Below are positions 28,290-38,323 of a DNA stretch of 64,000 bases, in pieces. A program made the translations under genes and the position numbers. The notes beneath the pieces are model-generated. The model saw only the letters and a list, made by a program, of their open reading frames with translations, had not been told where the DNA came from and did no database searches. How positions within the stretch are numbered: position 1 is the stretch's first letter; each line of letters starts with the position of its first letter. The stretch is from a virus. Location of the stretch: positions 82,269-146,268 of IMG/VR virus record IMGVR_UViG_3300036831_000148; one strand, written 5' to 3'.

Positions 28290-28393
28290 GGGTGCCTGCC
28301 TCTCGTTTGCTTGACTCCAGTCTAGCTCATTGGCTTGACCACAGACAAGCAACTAGCCCGGAACCTTGGGTTCCGGGCTAGCGGGGGAGAGGC

Positions 28394-28819
28394 CTAGCGG
28401 CCGGTGAACCCCTCCGCGATGCGCTTGTCCGTCAGGACAAAGCGCACGATGTCAGCATGAGGGCCGAACATGCGGGCAAGCGTGCCGCAGTCCCCCTGCT
28501 CGTCAATGACCTCCCAGAGAACTTGCTGGGTCTTGACACGGTCAGCCTCGCTGAACTCGCGGGTGTCCGGCGCGCGCCCGGTAGCAGCTTCAAGATCGGC
28601 GCTCTCGCGCATGGGGTCTACCTCGTAAGCCGAGATCTTAAGGTCTGCGGCCGCAATGAGGCCCAGAGGGTTAATGATGCCCTCCGCCACGCGCGCCGCG
28701 CTTTCCTTGCTGAGAATGCCCTGGACACGGGAGTCTAGGTAAAAGGTGGGGACACTGCGGCTACCGTCAAAACCGCCATCGTGCGTAATGACCTGAGTGT
28801 GAATCGCGTACGTGGTCAC
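28394..28819 (-). CDS. hypothetical protein (cassette gene)
   Basis: Leader 28824, palindrome 28869, downstream hairpin about 28353-28381. Confidence 0.75.
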   Translation of the reverse strand: MTTYAIHTQVITHDGGFDGSRSVPTFYLDSRVQGILSKESAARVAEGIINPLGLIAAADLKISAYEVDPMRESADLEAATGRAPDTREFSEADRVKTQQVLWEVIDEQGDCGTLARMFGPHADIVRFVLTDKRIAEGFTGR

Positions 28820-28938
28820 TGAGTGCCTGCCTCTCGGTTGGTTGCCTGGGGCAAGCTTACCCGTAAGGCTTGACTAGAGTCAAGACTACTAGCCCGGGAA
28901 CCTTCCTGCCGTTCCCGGGCTAGCGCGCGAGGCCGCGC

Positions 28939-29436
28939 CTAGTAGCGGCGTCCCCTGTTTTTCAGGTTAAGCAGCACCGTGAGCGCACCGCGCAGAGAGT
29001 GAGTCTCAGCGTAGATACCGCCGGTCAGCCGGTAAACCTCATACGGCTTGGCGTCCTCGTCTTCCGGCATGACATCGGAGGCCGGCCTGTTGTCGGCGCG
29101 CGCGTCGGTCACGTAGCCGAGAGGCTTGCGCGCGCGGGGGGTAGACAGCGTGTCCTCCCGGGTAACCGGGTAGACAGACCAGTCTGCCATAGCGGGCATT
29201 GAGACCTCCCCGTACGGGACTGCCTCAGCGTAGTCGCCGCGCGCGCCGCCGTAGACAGTGGTCACGAGGTAGCCGGCGGGCCGCCAGTAGACACGTGCCC
29301 TGGGCGCGGTCACCATGCCCTCTTGAACGGCTCTCTCCAGCCATTCAGCGGCAGCGTTCACCGTGTAAGAGTGCTGGCCTGTCAGCAGTTCCATAGCGCC
29401 GCCCCGGTCAAGCAGCGGCGTAGCGGTGGGAGTCAT
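28939..29436 (-). CDS. hypothetical protein (cassette gene)
   Basis: Leader 29441, downstream hairpin about 28889-28923. Confidence 0.7.
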   Translation of the reverse strand: MTPTATPLLDRGGAMELLTGQHSYTVNAAAEWLERAVQEGMVTAPRARVYWRPAGYLVTTVYGGARGDYAEAVPYGEVSMPAMADWSVYPVTREDTLSTPRARKPLGYVTDARADNRPASDVMPEDEDAKPYEVYRLTGGIYAETHSLRGALTVLLNLKNRGRRY

Positions 29437-29451
29437 CGGGTGCCTGCCTTT

Positions 29452-29622
29452 TCAGAAGTTGTCGGTGGCGAGGAACAAGCCGGATCCCGCGTCCCACCAG
29501 ATCAGGCACACGGTGCCGTCCCGGTCGGTGGCTTGCATGCTGTCCGCGTCGCCGGCGCGCATCTCGTCAAGGTCAGCCTGCGCAAGCCCGGGGAACGCTT
29601 CCCGCATCTCGTCTGAGGTCAT
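29452..29622 (-). CDS. acidic 56-aa peptide, leaderless
   Basis: Not in the ORF track. MTSDEMREAFPGLAQADLDEM...; ATG 6 nt after the TACAGT -10 of palindrome 29643. Confidence 0.6.
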   Translation of the reverse strand: MTSDEMREAFPGLAQADLDEMRAGDADSMQATDRDGTVCLIWWDAGSGLFLATDNF

Positions 29623-29708
29623 GCCCTCACTGTACAGATGTACTTGACTAGAGTCAAGGCTAGAGATTATCCTGCAGGTACATCAAACCGGAAGGCAGGC
29701 AAGCCAGG

Positions 29709-30098
29709 ATGAACAAGCCGCTGGTCAGGACTAACGGGGCATACGCGCGGGTCACCCGCGCCGGCGCAGTACAGCTAAACCCCCCTAACGCCTACTGGGA
29801 GCCGGGCAGTGAGAGCCTGCTCGCTGAGTCGCACGGCGCGGCCTCCGTTATTACCCACCTCGTCATGGCGGGCCGCCTCACCGTGAACGAGCTAGCCGGC
29901 GAGTTCCTGCGGCTAGTGGAGGCTGACGTTGCGGCCGGCTACGTGGGGTGGGACATGCCTGACCTGCAGTACCTGTGCGACAACACCGACGCCAACAGTT
30001 ACGGGCTGGAGATACTCGGCTGTGACATGTCGGACGAGGGCATGGAACTTTGGAACAACGTTTACGAGCGTGTTGACGAGCTCCTGACAGGCCGCTAG
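29709..30098 (+). CDS. acidic hypothetical protein (inverted cassette)
   Basis: Plus-strand leader CGGAAGGCAGGCA at 29689; terminator hairpin about 30111-30158. Confidence 0.8.
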   Translation: MNKPLVRTNGAYARVTRAGAVQLNPPNAYWEPGSESLLAESHGAASVITHLVMAGRLTVNELAGEFLRLVEADVAAGYVGWDMPDLQYLCDNTDANSYGLEILGCDMSDEGMELWNNVYERVDELLTGR

Positions 30099-30326
30099 CT
30101 CGCGTTTCCGCACGCCTGCTAGCCCGCCAGGTCTCGACCTGGCGGGCTAGCAGGCGTGCCGCGGCAGCCCTCGCGGGAGAGCTGGCGGCCAGCTGAGGGA
30201 GAGTTCCCAGTACGGATCTTCCCGGCCTGGGGCATCACCGGGCAGGCTCATTACCGCTACCGGCGCTTACGCGCGCTGGCCCCCCTGGAGGCTGCCTCCA
30301 GGGGGGCGCAGTGCCGGCGAGGCCGG

Positions 30327-30659
30327 CTAGCTCGCGTAAACCCACCTGACCACTAGGTCAGAGTCACGGTCCGCCGCGTACGCGTCATCGGCGATCTTCT
30401 GGGCGGGGGCGCTGCGGGTGAACAGGTGAAGGGCCTTGCCCGCCGCGTAGTCGCTGGCCTTAGCCTGCGGGACGTAGCGGAACACGCCGTACAGGCCGGT
30501 TTCCGTGTAGAACGTCCCTCCGCAGTAGGCGCAGCGCTTGCGCTTCGGCCGGCCCTCGCCGCTGGTGTGGCTTCCGCTGACGCTGAGGCTTGACGCGCAG
30601 TAGTACCGCGTCGCGCGGCCGGCGGGGACCTTAGCCGGGCTGGTCTGCTGACTGGTCAT
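30327..30659 (-). CDS. hypothetical protein
   Basis: CAYC motif, 110 aa. Confidence 0.65.
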   Translation of the reverse strand: MTSQQTSPAKVPAGRATRYYCASSLSVSGSHTSGEGRPKRKRCAYCGGTFYTETGLYGVFRYVPQAKASDYAAGKALHLFTRSAPAQKIADDAYAADRDSDLVVRWVYAS

Positions 30660-30668
30660 GGGGTGCCC

Positions 30669-31259
30669 TCACATCCTGGTAACGGTGAAGCCGGGGACCA
30701 TGGTCACGTCCGCCGGCTTGCGGGTGTAGGTACCCGGGACGCGGTAAGAGCGGCCGGCGGCGGGCATCTCGCGCAGGCACCCGACAGGCCGCGCGCTGGC
30801 CGCGCTGGTGTACAGGTAGAACAGTTCGGCGCCGGCGCCGCACACGGAACGCGTGACCGCAACGGCCGTGATGTCATGGGCGGGCACGGCCTCGCGCGGC
30901 GCGCTGCACTCGGATTCGCTGCAGCCCGCGTGCGGGTGCCAGTCTCCCGGGCCGGCGCCGCACGGGTCATCGCGCGTGCTGCGGCAGTAGTAGTAGCCGA
31001 CGCGGGCCTGGGAGCAGTGGTTGGCGCGGACGCGGTCCCTCTCGGCCTCGCTGCGGTCATTCAGTTCAGTGAAACGGACGCCGGCCTCCGCGCAGCGCTC
31101 GCGGTAGGCGTAGGCCTCAGCCTCGCTGAGCACGCGCTCAGCCTCGCGGCGGTAAGCGCTGGTCTCCCGCCATGCGGCCCCGTGCCGGTCACGGTCAAGC
31201 GCCGCGCGGCCGGCCGCCATCATCTCAGGGTCAAACTCGGGATAGTAAGCGTCAGTCAC
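30669..31259 (-). CDS. Cys-rich hypothetical protein
   Basis: 196-aa ORF in the cassette operon. Confidence 0.65.
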   Translation of the reverse strand: MTDAYYPEFDPEMMAAGRAALDRDRHGAAWRETSAYRREAERVLSEAEAYAYRERCAEAGVRFTELNDRSEAERDRVRANHCSQARVGYYYCRSTRDDPCGAGPGDWHPHAGCSESECSAPREAVPAHDITAVAVTRSVCGAGAELFYLYTSAASARPVGCLREMPAAGRSYRVPGTYTRKPADVTMVPGFTVTRM

Positions 31260-31270
31260 GGCCGGGCCTC

Positions 31271-31486
31271 TCAGAATCCCATGAGCGCGTCAAGTACCGC
31301 GCTGTCCAGGGCAGGGGCCTCGATACCGCCGCGCGCGTAGGCTGCCGCGGCAGCCCGCACGTGCGGGAAGCGGTCCAGCATGTGGGCCGCCATCTGCGCC
31401 GTCTCGTCGTAGCCGAATTCGGCAGGGTCCCCCTTGACGCGGTCTATGGCGTCTGCCGTGTGCGCTAGCTGTATCGAGTCGTACAT
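31271..31486 (-). CDS. hypothetical protein (cassette gene)
   Basis: Leader 31489, palindrome 31534. Confidence 0.7.
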   Translation of the reverse strand: MYDSIQLAHTADAIDRVKGDPAEFGYDETAQMAAHMLDRFPHVRAAAAAYARGGIEAPALDSAVLDALMGF

Positions 31487-31497
31487 GGTGCCTGCCC

Positions 31498-32532
31498 CTC
31501 TCGGTTGCCTGTGGCCCTACTGTACAGGGTCAGCTTGACTAGAGTCAAGAGGCTAGGCAGGAGAGGGGACAGAAAAACCGGGCGCGTTCATCTTTCATCA
31601 AACGCGCCCGGTCTCCCGGTATCCAGTTGTCACAGCATAGCTAGGCAGGGGGCAGGCCGGCCAGGGCCTCGCTCACCTGCCACGCGGGCAAGCGCAGGCC
31701 GCCAGCGTCGGCGAGCGCCGTAGCCGTCTCGCGGTCGGGCGCGTACACGGCCGCCGTGTCAAACAGCCAGCACCGCAGCCCGGCCGCGCCGCCGTAGCCG
31801 GGCAGGCAGCCCGGCGCGCGGAAGCGGAACACGGCGCGGCCGGGCTCGCGAAAGTCCACGTCCACTAGAACCCCAGGGCGGTACCGTAAGCGCGGTCAGC
31901 CTCGCTGACCAGGCGTGCCGCGTGGTCAATGGCGCGGGCAAGGCCCCGCGCCGCTAGCCGCAGGTCGGTACGGACCGTGTAGAAGTCCACCAGCCTGCGC
32001 GGGTACTGCTCAGGCTCAGCAGTGAAGGGGAGGCCGCTGCCGCCGGGAACGTCCATGCCGGCCGCGCGCAGCCGCGCGTAAAAGTTCTTTGACTCGTCAT
32101 GCGTGCGGGTCACGTAGTGGATTTCGTGCCCCATGATGACGTGCCCGGTCGCAATGCGGTCAAGCAGCATGGACACGCCGGCCGGGCAGCCCTCGCCGCG
32201 CGCCATCTCCCGCAGCGTCTCGCGGGTCCCGTAGGGAACGAACTGGGCGGGCTGGTCACTGTGGGGAACCGCCCACTTGCACGCTTCGGTAATGCACTGG
32301 TGGCCGGCGCCACGGTGCCCCATGAGGCAAAGGTGGTAGCCCTCTTCGCACACGTAGACCTCATGGCCGGCGTAGGTGACGCCGGCCAGCTCCCACGGCG
32401 CGCCGCACGGGTCAAGCTGGGGGGTGACCGCGGCGCTGGTCCGCTGGTCAAGGATGATGATCGTCACTTGCTGCCTGCCTCTCGGTTGCCTGTGGCCCTA
32501 CTGTACAGGGTCAGCTTGACTAGAGTCAAGAG
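31498..32532. repeat. identical 54-bp promoter-leader direct repeat (31498-31551 and 32479-32532)
   Basis: ctctcggttgcctgtggccctactgtacagggtcagcttgactagagtcaagag in both copies; a related copy at about 32803-32852. Confidence 0.9.
31865..32467 (-). CDS. hypothetical protein (cassette gene)
   Basis: Leader 32472; Cys/His-rich; followed by coupled ORF 31641-31865. Confidence 0.7.
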   Translation of the reverse strand: MTIIILDQRTSAAVTPQLDPCGAPWELAGVTYAGHEVYVCEEGYHLCLMGHRGAGHQCITEACKWAVPHSDQPAQFVPYGTRETLREMARGEGCPAGVSMLLDRIATGHVIMGHEIHYVTRTHDESKNFYARLRAAGMDVPGGSGLPFTAEPEQYPRRLVDFYTVRTDLRLAARGLARAIDHAARLVSEADRAYGTALGF

Positions 32533-32533
32533 A

Positions 32534-32785
32534 CTAGCAGGCGCTCGCGTGCTCGCACCGCGTGCCGCCGTGCCCCAGGTCAGCCGCGTACCAGCGGACC
32601 AGCGGCCAGCCCTCCGGGTGTACCAGCACGTCCGTCCGGTAAGTCGCGAACGAGAAACCCTGCTCGCGCGCGGCGGCATCCAGCCTGTCCGCGTAACCGG
32701 GTACCTCGGTGTCCGGAATGGTGAGCTCTGCCTGCTCTATGGCGCCAGGGCTCTCTGTCGTCCATGCGTACGTCCGGAGTTTCAC
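32534..32785 (-). CDS. hypothetical protein (cassette gene)
   Basis: Leader 32790. Confidence 0.7.
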   Translation of the reverse strand: MKLRTYAWTTESPGAIEQAELTIPDTEVPGYADRLDAAAREQGFSFATYRTDVLVHPEGWPLVRWYAADLGHGGTRCEHASAC

Positions 32786-32903
32786 GGGGTGCCTGCCTCT
32801 CGCTCGGTTGCCTGCCCCTACAGTACAGGGTCAGCTTGACTAGAGTCAAGAGTACAGCGCCGCTCGCGCCGGCGGGGAGGCTAGCGCGAGCGGCGCTGCA
32901 TTA

Positions 32904-34241
32904 TCACACGCGCGGTACTCCGAGCCTGGCGAGGTAATCCGGTACGGGAACAGGGTCGCCAGGAACGCCGGCCCGTACCCCGGCGGGAGCCGGGGCAGGA
33001 TCCGGGGCACTCGGGCGCGCGGTGCCCGGCCTGACCCCGTAAACCCGGTCTGAGCCGTCAGGGTGGGCGTAGCGGGCTACGTGCACGGCTTCCCGGTCGG
33101 GAAGGGCTCGCCAGGTCAGCACCGCGCCGGCGTCCGCTGCGGCAGCGGCGCGTGCATCCTCGCGCGTGGCGAACTCCCCGGGAAGGTAGATGTTCGCGTC
33201 CGGGCAGCGGTCACGGCGTACCAGGCAGAGAACCGCGAACGGCCCGGGGTCGCTGTCGGCCGGCGGGGCGGCCGTGCCCGCGGTCAGGGCGAGCACGGGC
33301 CGCGAGCGCTGCAGTTCCGCCGTGCCGGCGAGCTCAGCGGCCGCAATGCGGGCGCTGCGGGCGCTGGCCGAAGCCACGAACTCAGCGTGGGCAGCCACCC
33401 CCAGGCCCGTTATGACGTACCGCTGAGGTTCCGCGCCGCTGCCGTTGGCCTTTTCCTGCAGGATGACCCGTACCCGCTCGTCTTCCGGGCTGAGGTCAAC
33501 GCGCAGCACCACGCGCAGCGAGTCAAGCACCGCCGGCGAGCCGGCCACCTTCCCGTCCTTGGTGAAGTGGTGCAAGATCACGAACGCGATGTCAGCGGCT
33601 CGCGCGAACTCGGCCAGCTCGACCATGACGCGCCTGGCCCGCTGCCGGTAGTCAATCGAGTAGCCGTCAGACAGCAGCGCGGACAGCGAGTCAGCTACCA
33701 CCATGCCGACGCGCGGGGTTCCCTGCTCGTCGGCCTCGCGGTTCATCATGCTGACAACCTGGGCGATGCGCGGGCAGTCAGCTGGGATGGTGACCAGCCC
33801 GCCGTCTAGCCAGCGCGAGAGGTTATGGACGAGGTGAATAGCGCCGTCCGGGCCTTCGCCAGCCAGCTCAGGCTCTAGGCCGAACTCGGCTACCGCGCGC
33901 GCGATGGCGGCGCGCAGCCGCGGCGCCAGGTCCTCGTAGGCGTCATCCTCGCCAGGGCCGGTGATCCACAGCACGCGGACGGGCTCGCGCCGCTCCTCCT
34001 GGTCGTCGCCGGGGAACGGGAGGCCGAGAACCAGCCGCGCGGCCACGGCCGCCGTGAGGAAGCCCTTGCCCGTGCCGCCTTTCGCGGCGATGACAACGGG
34101 TGACCCTACCGGGATGTAGCCGCGCCACCACCAGCGCCGCTCAATAACCGGGTAGCTCCCGAAACCAGGGGCGACGCGCCCGGATCCGGGAACTGGGCTA
34201 GGTGCGGGCTGCACCTCAGCCAGCACGTCAGTTAGCGACAT
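32904..34241 (-). CDS. RecA-like AAA ATPase (AAA_25/RepA-type SF4 helicase domain)
   Basis: WWWRGYIP, AAKGGTGKG, VVADSL, ILHHFTK, EKAN; leader at 34246. Confidence 0.8.
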   Translation of the reverse strand: MSLTDVLAEVQPAPSPVPGSGRVAPGFGSYPVIERRWWWRGYIPVGSPVVIAAKGGTGKGFLTAAVAARLVLGLPFPGDDQEERREPVRVLWITGPGEDDAYEDLAPRLRAAIARAVAEFGLEPELAGEGPDGAIHLVHNLSRWLDGGLVTIPADCPRIAQVVSMMNREADEQGTPRVGMVVADSLSALLSDGYSIDYRQRARRVMVELAEFARAADIAFVILHHFTKDGKVAGSPAVLDSLRVVLRVDLSPEDERVRVILQEKANGSGAEPQRYVITGLGVAAHAEFVASASARSARIAAAELAGTAELQRSRPVLALTAGTAAPPADSDPGPFAVLCLVRRDRCPDANIYLPGEFATREDARAAAAADAGAVLTWRALPDREAVHVARYAHPDGSDRVYGVRPGTARPSAPDPAPAPAGVRAGVPGDPVPVPDYLARLGVPRV

Positions 34242-34358
34242 AAGCGCCTGCCTTTCATCGGTTGCTCTACCTGCGATGATATAGCAGGGCTTGACTTGAG
34301 TCAAGACAAGCAGCAGCCCGCCAGGCCACCCGGGGGGCCTGGCGGGCTGGTCAGGGGG

Positions 34359-34826
34359 TTAGCGGGGCTGAGCCTCGCGCATGCGCCAGTAGTCGAATAC
34401 CACGCGGTCGCGGACGTTCGGGTTAAGCGTGTGCACCGTGCGAACGCCGTACGCGCCGTCCTGGGTGACCAGCGCCAGCGTGTACTGAGCGTTACTCATG
34501 GCCGCGGTCATCAGGACCGGCTGCAGCGCGTAGAACCCGCCCGGCCCCATCCCGTCGCGCGGGTCACCGCTCAGGAACTCGCCGTGCGACTCGGCGGCGT
34601 ACCCGTACAGGACCCGCGTCGTACCCCACGTGCCCGCGTCCGGAAGGTCGTTCTCCAGGGTCAGGCCGCGCTCCGTCATCCAGCGGTCAAGGCCGGCCCG
34701 CGTCTCGAACGCGGTGTGGGACATTGACCCGTTGCTGACTATGAACCAGTAAGGGCCGTGCCGCTCGTGCTGCTCGGCCGTCAGCGAGGTAACTTGCAGC
34801 TTGTCAAAAACCTGCCGGTAAACCAT
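34359..34826 (-). CDS. hypothetical protein (cassette gene)
   Basis: Leader 34830, palindrome 34875. Confidence 0.8.
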   Translation of the reverse strand: MVYRQVFDKLQVTSLTAEQHERHGPYWFIVSNGSMSHTAFETRAGLDRWMTERGLTLENDLPDAGTWGTTRVLYGYAAESHGEFLSGDPRDGMGPGGFYALQPVLMTAAMSNAQYTLALVTQDGAYGVRTVHTLNPNVRDRVVFDYWRMREAQPR

Positions 34827-34893
34827 GGGTGCCTGCCCTTCGGTTGGTTGCCTGGGGCCAGTTTACCGGCAGATCTTGACTAGAGTCAAGAGA

Positions 34894-35238
34894 TTACCTG
34901 GCGGGCCTGGTGAACTCCCCGCAGGTCTGGCACCACCCGGCCTGGTACTTGGCGCACAACTCACAGGCCGCGCTGCCGCACCCGTCCGAGCTGTGGTAAA
35001 CGTGCGAGTCGAACGTCTCGGTTACCGGGTCAAAGTCGCCGAATGTAGAAGTGCTGAGGATGTTGAAGCACACCGGGCAGGAGGTTTCCGCCATGCGCTG
35101 GCAGTCACCGCACCCGGGGAACCGGGCGAAGTTCTCCGCGCAGTGCATCACGTTGACCGTTGCCGAGTGCCGGCCGTCCGCTGTCGGCTTGTCCGCAGCG
35201 CGCGGGAGCCGGTAGGCGTAGCTCCTGGGCCCGCTCAT
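34894..35238 (-). CDS. Cys-rich hypothetical protein
   Basis: Several CxxC; coupled to leader-bearing ORF 35235-35468. Confidence 0.65.
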   Translation of the reverse strand: MSGPRSYAYRLPRAADKPTADGRHSATVNVMHCAENFARFPGCGDCQRMAETSCPVCFNILSTSTFGDFDPVTETFDSHVYHSSDGCGSAACELCAKYQAGWCQTCGEFTRPAR

Positions 35239-36082
35239 GCCCCCGCCGCCTGCCCGGCCGCAACCGCCTCGTAACGCTCGGTATCGTGGTCAAAGGTCAG
35301 CAGGTGACCGGGCGCGGCCAGGTCCGGCCCCTTGGTCATGTGCACCGCGCCGACGTCACGAGCCCAGCTCATGAGCCTGCGCGCGCGGGTGTTGGAGACC
35401 AGCGTGCCCGCGGGCGACTGGCCGGAGGTGAGCCAGCTAAACGCCTGGTCGTGAGTCATCGGGTCCATGTGCCTGCCCCTCGTTGGTTGCCTGCGCCCAT
35501 CTTACCGGCAAGGCTTGACTAGAGTCAAGGTACAGGCTCTAGCGCACCGCCACAGACAGCCGGGGGAGGCCACTAATCCAGTTCTCTAGCGCCTGGTCGC
35601 GGCGCCGCTGCTGCGCTGCCGTCAGCCTGGAGGCCGGGTCGTACCAGATGCCGCGCCCGGCCGTGTAGCGCGTCTCCAGGCTGCTCGCGGCGAGGGTGAC
35701 GGTACCGTCGTCGTTTACCGCCACGTCGGCCCACAGGGGCACGAACCTGCGCCACCACTCAGCGGGGCGCGGGAAGGCGGGCGCGTCGATCTTGCCCTGG
35801 TCAATGACGATCATGATTCCTCGCTGCCGGTAAACCGGAAGTCCACGCCGGCGCACAGGCCGGACGCCGCGCTGTTGTCGGCGAAGGTGACGGAGTAGCG
35901 GGTCCACGGATTCGAGCCGTGCGACTCGACTCTGGTCACGACGCCTTTAAGGCCCGCAGGGATCGGGAGAAGGTACCTGGCGTAGTCAGGATCCCCCCAG
36001 CCGGGGAAGTCAGCGGACCGGCGGCGGTGCCGCGCGCCGAGCGCAGACACCGGCCGCCCCTTGTCGCCGTCGTGAACGTTGC

Positions 36083-36565
36083 TCACGCGGTAGCCTCGCC
36101 GCGCTCGTGGTCAGGCCAGATCCAGTTATAGCCGCCGCTGCCGAACTCCGGGCCACCGAACGGCGTGCCGTTGCGGTCAAGCCGGGGAGGCAGGTAGCGG
36201 CGCGTGCCGCCCGCCAGGGCGAACAGCCAGCCGGACATGTCGTACGGGTAGCTGTCCACCACGCCGACGCGCGCGGCTATGGCCGCGGTCAGGTGCGGCT
36301 CGGGGCAGTGGCACCCGTTGATGACGTGGCAGAAACTCGCGTGGCTGCCGGTGATGCTGGCCGCCGCCTGCTCGCGCGAGGTGAAGCCGCTGCCCCACTC
36401 GCCGCACAGCAGGCACTCGGCGCAGTACGCCATGTCAGGGTGCCTGCTGTGCCAGGTGCGGTAGCGCGCGGTGCGCTGCTCGCGGAGGGCCCTGTCAAAC
36501 TTCACGAACCCGGGCACGTACGCCAGGCGCACGGGCCGGGCCGCGGCGGTCGGGGTGATGGTCAT
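36083..36565 (-). CDS. hypothetical protein, first of operon with 35811-36086 and 35539-35814
   Basis: Leader 36569 is a perfect 14-nt complement of the ncRNA loop. Confidence 0.7.
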   Translation of the reverse strand: MTITPTAAARPVRLAYVPGFVKFDRALREQRTARYRTWHSRHPDMAYCAECLLCGEWGSGFTSREQAAASITGSHASFCHVINGCHCPEPHLTAAIAARVGVVDSYPYDMSGWLFALAGGTRRYLPPRLDRNGTPFGGPEFGSGGYNWIWPDHERGEATA

Positions 36566-36900
36566 GGCTGCCTGCCTTTCGCGGTCAGGCGGGGGGCCTT
36601 ACGGCCACCCCGCGTGACTCCACTATAAGGCTTGTCTTGACTTGAGTCAAGATGATGACGACAGCACTTCCCGGCCCGCTCCGGTCAGCTCAAGCGCGTA
36701 CGGCCCGGCAACAGTCCCCGGGCTCACCAGCCCGGCCGCGATGGCACGGTCAACCGAACGGTAACCGAACTGCAGGCCGCACTGCAGGCCTGTCTCCGGG
36801 TGCGGCGCCACGTGGCGGGCCGGCCCGATCTTCGCGCACCCCGGGTTAGCCGCCACGTAGGCGAGCACCTCGCGCATCCGGGGGCCGACGCGGGGCGCTC

Positions 36901-37404
36901 TCATGACACAGCCTGAAGGGTAGCCGCGAGCTCGACCCAGCGCAGTTGGTAGCCCGTGCGCCAGTGCCGCGAGCGGCGCCGGGAGATCATGTCATCGCTG
37001 GTGGTCAGTTCGCCGGCCACCCAGTCCGCATCGCACTGCGCGATGCCGGCGGCGGCCTGCTCGGCCTCGGCCTGCGTGCCCGGGGTACGGCGGCCGAGGT
37101 TGAACGTAGGCGTGCTGAACGGCGCGAGGGCGGGCCGGAAGCTGCCGCAGCCGGCGCAGCCGGGCGCGAGGCAGGTACCGCCCTCGCCGTGGTCCACGCC
37201 GCGGTGCGCGCACGCGCACAGCATCCGCAGCCGGATCACCGCGAAGCGGATGCGCCCGAACTCCTCCGGGCGAGCCGGGCGGACGCACCCGCCGAGCAGT
37301 TCGGCCAGGTTCTCGTCTGTCGGCTGCTGGCCGTCGCGCGCGTCCACGATGAACTTAACCCCGTAGCGCTCCCAGCGCCGGGCGAGTGCTTTCTCTGATG
37401 CCAC
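36901..37404 (-). CDS. hypothetical Zn-binding protein, followed by 36647-36904
   Basis: CACAH...H...C...C..C; leader 37410. Confidence 0.65.
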   Translation of the reverse strand: MASEKALARRWERYGVKFIVDARDGQQPTDENLAELLGGCVRPARPEEFGRIRFAVIRLRMLCACAHRGVDHGEGGTCLAPGCAGCGSFRPALAPFSTPTFNLGRRTPGTQAEAEQAAAGIAQCDADWVAGELTTSDDMISRRRSRHWRTGYQLRWVELAATLQAVS

Positions 37405-37516
37405 GGTGTCCTGCCTTCCGGTCGGCTGCCTGTCCCCTGATCATATGCTCTGACTTGACTAGAGTCAAGATAAACGCCAAGGCCCCCGGGGTGACCCCGG
37501 GGGCCTTGCGCTGCGG

Positions 37517-37696
37517 CTAGAACGCGTAGGCACGCAGGCCCTGGCGGCTGCCACGGCGCTCGCGGCGGGTGTAGCTCACCTTGACCAGGCCGCGCCGTCC
37601 GTGGTTCCAGCGGTGCGCCCTGTGGAGCCGGCTGAACGCCTCTACCTCGGTGGCGGTCTTGCAGGGGCGGTTGTGCATCTTCTCAACATCGTTCAC
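37517..37696 (-). CDS. basic 59-aa protein
   Basis: Not in the ORF track. MNDVEKMHNRPCK...; leader 37698, palindrome 37746, hairpin about 37478-37508. Confidence 0.65.
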   Translation of the reverse strand: MNDVEKMHNRPCKTATEVEAFSRLHRAHRWNHGRRGLVKVSYTRRERRGSRQGLRAYAF

Positions 37697-37810
37697 GGGT
37701 TGCCTGCCCTTCGCTGTGGTGTTGTACCTTCATCGTAGTGCAGAGCTTGACTGGAGTCAAGACATAGGACAGCCCCCGGAAGATCTTCCGGGGGCTGTCC
37801 TGCCGGGGGG

Positions 37811-38218
37811 TCAGAGGCCGGCTACGAGGTACTCGGCGAGGTCGGCCAGGGTGACCGGCTCAAGGTTCCGCCGGACGATCCGCCAGTAGCGCCCTTCGTC
37901 CCCGCCCAAGTCAGCGGCGTTGACCTTGTCGCCCTTGTCCGCGAGCACGACCAGGATCTTGCCGGCCATCCTGCCGACCTTGGGGCGGACGAACTCACCG
38001 GGGGAGTAGTAGCGGTACGTCTCCGGCGCGGGCTGGGCCTGCGCGGTGCCCCCGCCAGCCTCGCCGGTGACCGGGAGCACGAACTCCTTGGCCGCCTTCA
38101 GTTGCCGCCCGTTCTGCTCCAGGCCGTAAGAGACCCTGTTGACCTTGGCCACGGTCCACGTGCCCGGCCATTTGTCGCTGTCCACCCGGACCTTGTCGCC
38201 TACCTTGAACTCTTCCAT
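37811..38218 (-). CDS. tandem KOW/SH3-like domain protein
   Basis: FKVGDKVRV...PG and PGEFVRPKVGRMAGK. Confidence 0.7.
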   Translation of the reverse strand: MEEFKVGDKVRVDSDKWPGTWTVAKVNRVSYGLEQNGRQLKAAKEFVLPVTGEAGGGTAQAQPAPETYRYYSPGEFVRPKVGRMAGKILVVLADKGDKVNAADLGGDEGRYWRIVRRNLEPVTLADLAEYLVAGL

Positions 38219-38323
38219 CTTCCTGCCTCTCGCTTGACTGCCTGTAGCCCTACTGTAGTGCAAGGCTTGACTAGAGTCAAGACACGAAACGGGCCACCTG
38301 CGCAGGTGGCCCGTTTCTGGCGG

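Noticed and set aside
27600-36000. Genome-wide amber (TAG) recoding
   Set aside because: Many genes end at TAG directly before terminators; only one in-frame TAG was seen
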